This document shows, in pieces, positions 52,589-64,000 of a stretch of 64,000 nucleotides of DNA; position 1 is the stretch's first letter; every line of letters starts with the position of its first letter. Location: positions 372,001 to 436,000 of the forward strand of contig JBBPEB010000004.1 of assembly GCA_039096225.1 (NCBI GenBank). The letters run 5' to 3'. The notes below the pieces were generated by a model. It was given only the letters and a program-made list of their open reading frames with translations, was not told where the DNA came from and ran no database searches. This stretch comes from Blastocystis sp. Blastoise (Eukaryota; Protista; Bigyra: Opalinata). A program made the position numbers and the translations under genes.

Positions 52589-53126
52589 TATTCACTTAAA
52601 CTATAGAAACTATGGTAATGAAAACTTAATTAAAGAATTATTGTGGTTTTTGGTTGCTTATCAGTTTCCCATGGGAATTCTCACATTTAATCTGGATTTG
52701 TTTGAATTCCCAAAGATACCGATATTACTGTTCCAAACAAGACTTTTTCATCAACTTCTTGATCATCATTTCTATCCAATATATAGAACTCTTTTTCTTA
52801 TTTTGATTATTTATTCAACTTTAATATCTCTATTTCTCTCTAATGTTGCCTTATAAAGAGAGTTTCAATGTGTCATTTTGCTAATCAGTCTTTAAGATAC
52901 TGTTTGTCACTTTAACAATTTGAATCCAAGTTACTTAGATGCTGCACAAATAAGAGTAAGTATCTATATCACAATATTTTGTTAATTAATATCACTTTTG
53001 TTGAAAATGTACATTTTCTTTTTCATTTTGATTTTATTTATTGTTGCGATTTTAATGTATGAAAATAGAAACGCAGAGGAAATCAACAAATAGCAAGATC
53101 TTGTTACAAAAGACTGTTTTATCATT

Positions 53127-55232
53127 CTATAAGTCACTAAAAACATCATCATCAGATAAATAATCATCAGATGAGCTTTGTGAGAGTTCTGATTGAATAT
53201 TTATTTTTTCTTGTACTAGTAATTGATGATCTTCGTGTTCGTTACTGGATAAAACTTTCACTTGTGCAGTTTCTTTATTGCCATTTTCATTGATATTTGT
53301 ATTTCTAGAAAGATATTCTTGAATACGATTGAATTTATTAAGAAAAAAAGTAATATGTAAAAGATAAAATATAAAATAAAAAAGGATATTCACATAAATC
53401 TTGTTTCTTTCCTTTTAAGAGTAATTGATGTTGTTTGCAGAATTCTTTTAATTGAGGAACAGTACATGAAAGCAATCTAAAAGTAATAAATAGAATTATA
53501 TAGATGTAATAAAACATGCTTATTATTCTTTATGGCTTGATCTACAGGAGATAGAGTAAGTTCTATATTAATAAGAATATATTTTATTTTTATTAAAAAT
53601 AGTAATAATATATATATAAGTAATATACTAAAGATATATTTTGATGATAGCAATAGTATATAAATAGTAGATAATATAGATATACTATTAATAGTAGTAT
53701 TTTTCTTGATATTATTATTACTAGTATTACTCTTATTTGAGTTATTAGTATATAGATTTGAATTTAAAGTTGATAAATGTTTATTAATAGATATACATGA
53801 TTTGTGTTCCACAATAGGAGAAACAGTAGAAACAGATGATTCTTGTTGATTAGTCTTAGTGATAGGAGAAGTAGATATAGTATTTCGTGGTGTTATTATT
53901 GTATTCAGTTGATGAACACGAGGAGGTGGCGGCTTTATAGATATATATATATATATATAGATATGGATATGGATATAAATATTAATATTAATATTAATAT
54001 AATAAAATAAAATATAATAAAATAAAATAAAATATAATATAAAACAATTTATAATAAAATAGGCACTGAAATGAGATAATAAAAAAATAAGAATTGAGTA
54101 TTGAGGAAAATAATTATAAGGAAGATATTATATGAATATATTCTTAACTGTAGTGAAAAATAAATGTATAAAATAGACTGATATTATATAATTATAGATA
54201 TATATATATATATATAGTTTGAGCATGACAACATAGAATGACGTAGTATTTAGATATATATATATACAGGCATATCATATGTTGTCTTCGTTAATAATGG
54301 CTTTCCTAAATATATAATTTTATTAAATATATATAAGAGATAAAGTACATAAGTATATAAATTGATAAAATAATAAGATACGTTTCTTTAATAGAAGAGT
54401 CACGTGAGGAGTAGAAATAGTATTCTTCAGTTTCATTAAAGATTCAACTGGTTTCTTATTTTGTTTATTTATTTCTGATTGATGATCATATATATAGGAT
54501 ATACTTAATACTGATGATAGTGGTCTATTAATATAAATACTAAAGATGAAATTACTATGAATATGTAAATATATATAGTTTGATTCGAATGTGAATAGAT
54601 ATATACTTATATATATATTGCGTTTGTTTATGTTCTTTATGTTGAGAATAAAGAGATGACGCACGTATCAACTGCAGACTAGAAGATGCAGGATAAAAAG
54701 CAGAAGAAGAAGAAGAAGAAGAAGAAGAAGATAATAATAATGATGATGATGAAACGAATGGTGGAGAAAGAGATAGAAAACGAGGATGATTAAAAGTATT
54801 TAAATAGAATAAAAAACTATATATATAATTATAATAAAACACTTAAAAGTTGTTGATTATTATATTTCAGAATAATAATAACAATACTTATAAGAATTTA
54901 TTATATGTATTTACTTTTGAAGAAGACGTGTATGATGAGAATGAGACATAGAAGGTACATACTATATATATATATATATATATAATAACTGATAAAGACA
55001 TACCGTAAAAGATTTGTATACACAACTATATATATATGTATATGTATATATTATAGTATATATATACCTTTTGTGAATAATTGTATGCATATGTAAATTA
55101 GGAATATATACATATATATATCCATTTATATTTGTATCATCAAGGATATAATTATACTAAGTTCTTCTTAGATATATATATGATATATATATATACAGCA
55201 TTTTTATAAAACTCAATATGTTCTTCATGTGC

Positions 55233-55270
<38 letters not shown>

Positions 55271-56717
55271 TGGAATAAAATAATGCATATACTTTCTGGT
55301 TCATACAAGGCAAACCCACGTTTTTTGTTTTCCTAAATAATCATGGGAATAGAATCATAATAACAAAGAATAATAGAAGAGTCTATACTTTAAGTAAAGG
55401 AGAATATATAGGTATATTTGACTCAGATGTCTATATAGATAGAATCATAATATTCAAAATAATAATCATATATACAATTATAATTATATTTATAACAATT
55501 TATAATAGACATATATACAAATAATCATAATATTCAAAATAATAATCATAATAATTCATATAATATATTAAAAAATGTTCTTATAATAAATAGTGCATAC
55601 ATTTAATATATATCCATAGTCATTATACACAGCAATATATACTTCTGGATAATCTATATAAATATATACTATAATATAATATGTATACTTTTATAGGTCT
55701 CTTGTATATGATCTATATATGCATATTTATCCTGAATTATGGTATTTAAGTAATTATTTGACTTAGGAGACCAATAAATAAGGCGATATACACCTAGAAG
55801 AAGTATATAGATAGACATAGACAAAAAAGCATAAAGAATCTAAGAATATATGAATATATTAAATATATATAAATGAGAAACATAAATTGGGAATAAAATA
55901 TGAAAGTAGAAAAACATGATAAATAATATATATAAATACCTGAACATAAATGGATAGTAATATATCCTTTAATAATAGTGTCATTTGGACTTTCATCAAT
56001 ATAATGCGCACTCAACCTATTCAAAGAATGATATATATACATATATCATATATATAGTGATCAATAATGTGGAATATAGAATAATGTATATATGACAATT
56101 TTAATACTATTCATTATTATATATATTAATGAATAGAGTTATAATTATACTTATAACAATCAGTAAATCTTCTTATTGAGAATGATTCTTCAGGAGAAAT
56201 CAGGAAACTACCTATATATATATTTAATATATATTCAAGATTTTCTTTTAAATAAAAATACCCATTTGATTTAAATAATGATTGAATACAACATGTCGAC
56301 GAAATGAATACTCAAAGTATTTTTCTATTATGTACATAATAAAAGAAACTAAAATAGTTTACCAACTAGTTTATTTGTTAATTCAATGCTATGTTCACTT
56401 ATTAATATAGATATATTGTACATTTCATAAAGTTGATTGACAACAGATTGAAAATGATGTTTATCTTCTTCAAGTGTCTACAGAACAAGATAAATTTTTT
56501 AGTTTTTAATTAGATACTAGAATACCTTATTTGAAAGATAAAGACAAAGAGAATCCTCCTCGAACGGAAACGACATTTCTTTTTGAGTATTAATCATATT
56601 CACCACTTGCATCGAAATTCGATCATGCACATCTCCTTGTATAGAATACAATGATATTTCCACATTTTCAAGGTCAATTGCAACTGGTATTGTGATTGTA
56701 TCTTCAATAAAATCCAT
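53127..56717 (-). CDS. Hypothetical multi-exon protein with C-terminal SAP domain
   Basis: C-terminal spliced sequence LLSCTVPQLKEFCKQHQLLLKGKKQDLCDRIQEYL fits a SAP motif. Upstream exon chain is only partly resolved and may be more than one gene. Confidence 0.5.
53329..53389 (-). other. U12-type AT-AA intron
   Basis: 5' ATATCCTT, branch-like TTTCTTAAT, 3' end CAA. Removal restores SAP motif KQDLCDRIQEYL. Confidence 0.7.
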
Positions 56718-57585
56718 AAAAATGATATCAATAGTTCAATAACCAAATCTGATTTATAACCAATATTAATTTATTCATTAATCAATCATAGTATTCTAAA
56801 ATTTAAAAAAATTAACTTGGAGGGAAAAAGTAGAGTGTTTTTTAGAAAACTATTCATTTTTTCTGTTTTTCTTATTCATTTTACTGTTTTTCTTTTATTG
56901 TTATTAGATTCAACTATATCCAGTAGTATTATGTATTCAGACAATCTTTATTAATGAATATTTCACAATTTTTCTCTAATTATGCTTTAGTAGTGACTCA
57001 AATATTAATTCATATTTTCAACATGATTCTAAACATATTGATACATACGATGAGCTGTGAAATTGATATCTAGAGAATAAAATAACATTTTTACTCATCA
57101 TATTTATGAAAATCCAAAGTTTATTATTTTCTTAAATAACTGACATATATATGTAGAACCATCTAAAAGAAAAAATAGTTGAATACGGTACAATACTAAT
57201 TAATCACTCATCCAGAATACTATATATACTAACATCTATACGTAGATCATGCGATAATTTATGTAATACATATATTTATTTTACAAAATTATGCAATTAC
57301 AAAACATAATTAACAATAAAAGCTATCTTTTTAGTATATCCGAAATCATTTTACATGAACATGATACTGTTGAGTATTTTCATAAGTTTATTACCTGATT
57401 TACTTCTAAAAACTCTAGATATAGAAAAGACTCCTTGAATAACGATTAAACATGATTATTCTCATAATTCCGGTTGTTCTTTTTATTTTTTCAATAGCTT
57501 TTGTTTGTTGTTATCTAGTAGAATTATTCTAAAGAATTTCGTGTATATTAGCTAATTGAAACTTTAGAAATCGGTATAAGGTATA

Positions 57586-60500
57586 ATGCCAAAAAGAGAG
57601 TTTGAGGATAACACTGATATGCGTAATTCAAAACAAGCAAAAGTAATTATGGATGAGAAAGATTGTGATGAAACTGTTCAATGGAAATGGAAGTATTTAT
57701 TTGGAGATCTTCCAGAGCAATCTCGTTCTCAGATTCAAATGGATGATGTTGCACTCTTTAGTGTAACAAAAGCAGAGCAAGCCAAAAGAGTAACGGAACT
57801 TCTTCTGAATATATTACCACCTTATGCTTCTTTATGTGATGGTACTGCTTGTGTTGGAGGAAATACGATTTCTTTTGCTCAACGTTTTGATCATATCATT
57901 TCTTTAGAAATTGATCCTAATCGTTATAAGATGCTTAATCATAATCTATCTGTATATAACGTATCTTCAAAGGTCAAAACTTTAAATCAAGATTTTCTTA
58001 CCTATATGGAAACACTTGATTATCATGACTGTATTTTCATGGACCCTCCGTATATAAATATTGTCTATATAATGATAATTACTGATAATTATATATATCA
58101 ATATATTATTCGTAAATATTAAGTTTTTTATTAACTATAGTATTCTTTTATTTTAATTTTAAAAAATCATATTATTTTAGGTGGGGTGGTGAAGATTATG
58201 ATAAATATGAGCATTTACATTTATATTTAAGTAAAGAAGATGTAGGAGATGTTTGTTTTCGTTTAAAGACTCATTGTCGATATATAGTTATGAAAGTCCC
58301 TAGTAATTTTGATAATGATGATTTTATTAGAAGATCGGGATTAACACAAATATATGAAGAACATTTTGATATTAGTAAGAAGAAAAGAACGTATTGGATT
58401 CTATATATTTATGAATTCTATCATAATAAAAGTATTTTTATATTTATGCTGTTTTTATATTATTATTATATATATTAGATGTATTATTATCTAGTAGTTC
58501 ATGTTTATTTATATTGCTATATTATTATTATAAATAATAATAATAATAAATTGATTAACATATATTTATATTTTATTCAAACATATGAATATATGCTTTA
58601 ATATTATATATATATGTTTATAAAAATTAAAATAATAATTATGTATCTATATATATAGATGGTCGTTTTCTTCATACGTTACCACCTATCGCTAAAAACC
58701 CTCAAGCACGTGATCTTTTCCCCAGTAACCCTTTTTCTATGACTCCGTCATCAGTCTCTTTGACTCAAAGTCCTTGTTTTGTTCTTTCTGTTCGTATTGT
58801 TAAATATATACATCAATCTCTTCAACAAATTCAAAATACTCAAGTAAAATTATGTTATAATGAATATCCAAAACGATATTTTCCTCTATCTCTTATAGAA
58901 GCTTTTGGAAATATTGGTATCTATTTATTATTTATCACTCTATACTAATCTTTATTCCTTTTTTTATAATATTATACTTATTCTCTACTATTGTTTCGTA
59001 AATGGTTTTAATCTTATTCATTTAGTATTTTCCATTTTATTTTAAATACTTCTATTTTATTCTATATATACAATTCAATAAAATTGGTATTCTTTATATA
59101 TATATATATATTTCCTATAGGTAGCCAAACAGTTCCTTTTTCTCGTGTTACTCCTTCTTTTTCTCCTTTAATTTCTCTGAATTCCTCTAATTCTCTTCCA
59201 GAATTATTGAAACAATACCGTATTCCTGAGAGTTCTGTTCATAGCGATATGAGAACTCTTGAAGAATTAGTAGATAAAAGGGAATATACAAAAATGAATC
59301 CATTCCCAATTTATTTTGATTTCTCGTCATTTTCTTATCCTCCTCCTCCTCCTTCTTCTTCTTCTTCTTCTTCTTCTTCTTCTTCTTCTCCTAATACTAG
59401 TAATACTAGTAATACTACTACTACTACATCTTATATGAATAATAATAAGAATACTATCTTAATGTCTCGTAGTCACCAACCTTTCTTTTATTTTGTTAAT
59501 AACCTCTTCTTAAATCCATCACAATATACACCTCTTATTATTGCATGTGTCCCACGGGGATATGAAGATGTTTTATTAAAGTATTGTTTTTATGGTGCAT
59601 TTGATCTTGAGTATTTAGAACATGAAGATTGGTATATATATAATCATTCTATTATTATTATTATGCTAATATAAATATAATATATAAGTATTATACATAT
59701 AATAAATATAATAATAATAATTAAAATTCATTTACTCTTTCGTTTATATATACTAATTTTAATCGTTTTTTAAATTTAATTTATTTATTTTATATATTAT
59801 ATCATACTATAATTATTGTTTTCCAATTATTATATATATATATATATATATATATATCATATATATATATATCTCATATATATATATATAATTATCATAT
59901 ATATATATAATTATCATATATATATAGTCGTAGTAGTCTTCATGAACCTAGTAAAGTTACTTTGGTCACTCTTTACCGCGGGAATCCATGTGAATGTAGT
60001 AACCGTCAGATATGTATGTATCTCTCGAATTATCCAAATGGTAAGAATAAATTATATGTAACTATCCAAAGTATATTTTATAATTCTAAGGATATAAGTT
60101 CTACTTTATATAATATGATAATTAATGCATTAGAATTATGGAATCAGCAATACGATACTCTTAGTCAATCTCCTGATCATATATATAATAAAGAGAATAT
60201 ATATACATATTCAACTAGTCATCAATCTAGTTGTTCTTGTATATCAAAGAATCAAACTTTAAATGAATATATGGATCCTTCTAATATATGTAGAGATTCT
60301 AGTATATATAATCAAATAAGTCAATATTTCCAAGATGAATTAGAAAAGAATTCTTCATTATTAAATTGTAATTCTACCTTAGTAGGTACATACAGTCATA
60401 AAATACCTAATGTTATTGCTATTATTGGTAATGAATTTAAGCCAAAACGTATATTATGTGTAGGAGGTATATATGGTCATATTACAAAAGAATTAGGTGA

Positions 60501-61058
60501 ATATTATTCTATTTCTAAAGATAATTTAGTTCTTTTAAGTCCATTTGATCGTCGTATCAATGAAGAATGTTCTTATACTTATATTCCTTATACAAAAGGT
60601 CATTTTCCTTTAGAAGATCATTCTTTTGATTTAATTATAGGTATTTGTTTACATGATTTTGAAGAGAATCATTTCTTAGCTTCTGAAATCTCAAGAGTAT
60701 TAAATAATCATGGTTATTTTGTATTATATGATCATCATGTATCCTTATCTACAGAAAGATTATATTTAGATATAGTTCATACGTTAATTCGAGATATATT
60801 TTCTAAGAATATATTATTATATCAATATCAACATAATCGTAATATATTCTCTCCTCAAATAAAAGAAGAAGATATTTTAAATTATCATCATAATTGTTGT
60901 TGTTTTAAAGACTCCGGATATAAATCAAATTATGAATGGTCACAATTATTTGAATCCAATCATTTGAAACGAATTGATAATGAAAATGCAAAATTAAGAT
61001 ATAATGTTCGTAAAGACAGAAATAATTTATATCAGTATATATATATTAATTTATTTTG

Positions 61059-61132
<74 letters not shown>

Positions 61133-61188
61133 AATAATAATATTATTAATATAGATTCTTCTGGGCAGCTTATCAAAAAAATGTTTAA
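57586..61188 (+). CDS. Tgs-type RNA cap guanine-N2 methyltransferase fused to a second class I SAM methyltransferase-like domain
   Basis: N-terminal MDDVALFSVT, DGTACVGGNTISFA, FMDPPWGG, MKVP; C-terminal FPLEDHSFDLI...CLHD...SEISRVLNNHGYFVLYDH. Six exons join in frame. Confidence 0.78.
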
Positions 61189-61549
61189 ATAAGATATAAA
61201 ATAAATGCTTCAATATTATAATATATTTAAATAGTTTATATAATTCATATAAATTATATATATAGATTTTTTAAATTTTTTTTGATAAATGTTTTTTCTC
61301 AAAATATATACTTATTTTTATCATTTATAATAGTTATTTCGTTGAAACTTTAGATCTATAAAGAGAAAAATGTACAATATGAACACAACTCGAAGAATAT
61401 TACAATTAAAATAAAAATAAGAAAAAATAGAAAAGAAAGAAATGTAATAAAATAATGTGTTCTACTATATTGAATAAAAAAAAACCAAAATAAAAATAAG
61501 AAATGATTGAATATAGATGTGATGAAGATTAAGGAAGTCAAAGGTATCT

Positions 61550-62322
61550 TTATTCTTTCTTTTCTTCAGGTTTATTTTCATTATTATGTTTCTTCATATA
61601 ATCTTCAATAGCGTGATGAACAGCATCTTCTGCTAATAAACTATAAAATAAACATAATAAAATTAAATATAATAATAAAAATATAATAAAACTAAATATA
61701 ATAATAAAAATATAATAAAATTAAATATAATAATAAAAATATAATAAAAATAAATATAATAATAAAAATATAATAAAAATAAATATAATAATAAAAATAT
61801 AATAAAAAAAAATATAATAATAAAAATATAATAAAATTAAATATAATAAACTGCAATGGATCTTTACAGGAGGAAGTCTTAAATGATTTGCAATATCAGT
61901 GTTCTTTAAAGTTAAAGCTTCTTCTAATTTCTTACCTTTAATCATTTCAGAAGCAACAGAACTTGAGGCAATAGCAGAACCACAACCAAATGTCTTAAAT
62001 TTAACATCAACAATTGTTCCTTCTTTGACTTTAATCTATATTGAATAAAAACACATTAGTGAATCAAGATACTAAAATATTGATTTAAAAACTGAATAAC
62101 GAATGTACAATATCATACTTGTAATTTCATGACATCACCACAAGCAGGAGCACCTGCAATACCAGTACCAACATCCACATCATCTTTATTCATACTACCG
62201 ACATTTCTTGGATGTTCATAGTGATCAATGACAATATCATGATATAAACGAGTGAGTGGAGTAGCTCGTACAATACTTACTGTACGTAAAGCATTAGAAC
62301 TTAATAAACGTAAACTATTCAT
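61550..62322 (-). CDS. ISCU: Mitochondrial Fe-S cluster scaffold IscU/Isu1 with N-terminal targeting peptide
   Basis: [57 protein letters not shown]; presequence [13 protein letters not shown] is Arg/Leu/Ser-rich. Confidence 0.97.
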
Positions 62323-62744
62323 AATCGATTGTAAAAATAATTTCTAATAATTTATAGAATAAGAAGACTGTTGAAAAGAATCGAAAAAATTCCCAAAGCA
62401 AATTTGCTGTCAAGAGTGTGGAAGGAACGTATTCTCTTTTAAAAGTTTCTCTTATTTTTAGAAAATAAAATTCTTTTTTACAAGTTGCCCTTTGGATTCG
62501 ATATTCTTGGGAATTTTACTCATTCTAGATGGAAAGTGACATGTTTTCATGAATTTCTTTAAAAGCACATATTAAGATGACAGTATGTGTATTGATTGGT
62601 TAGATGATCTCATGATTAATTTCTATTGGACAATAGAAATGACGAATGATTGACAGAACAAGGTGTTTATTCAAGGGAATAATGGGTTTTTTTAGCATTT
62701 TATGTGTGGATAATTTTTGTAAAATTTTTCAATTACTGTGCATC

Positions 62745-64000
<1,256 letters not shown>

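Noticed and set aside
55083-55150. Fourth candidate U12 intron on the minus strand (ATATCCTT...TTCCTAAT...ATAC)
   Set aside because: I could not make the flanking exons agree in frame, and the branch site is imperfect. Left unclaimed.
53127-56717. Ku70 identity for the SAP-domain gene
   Set aside because: No recognisable Ku vWA or core motifs in the exons I could read.

Overview
Eukaryotic nuclear DNA that is very AT-rich (about 80% A+T by eye), gene-dense and intron-rich. Introns are mostly GTAT...ATAG and often filled with (TA)n or (TAT)n microsatellites, so most entries in the ORF track are exon fragments or repeat artefacts. The overall style suggests an AT-rich protist, possibly Blastocystis-like; that is inference only. 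Host genes in order: CDC45 (partial), Cwc24/RNF113, an unknown membrane protein, LMBR1-like, Tom40, Nbs1-like, a divergent cullin, MAK16, a bacterial-type DUF3574-like gene, a SHOCT/alpha-kinase, NOG2, ESF2, SmD2, a C2H2 zinc-finger protein, stand-alone PurM, a SAP-domain protein, a Tgs-type plus second methyltransferase fusion, IscU and lysyl-tRNA synthetase (partial). Main points of interest: (1) a GC-rich palindrome, (W)TCCCRYGGGA(W), recurs in exons in all three codon phases and upstream of genes; (2) a complete 12.8-kb CACTA-type transposon (17-bp TIRs, TTC target duplication, intact spliced transposase, divergent accessory gene) carries a nested intact Tc1/mariner element with perfect 166-bp TIRs; (3) three U12-type introns (two AT-AC, one AT-AA) plus further non-canonical junctions. 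All gene models were spliced by hand and are unverified by transcript data.
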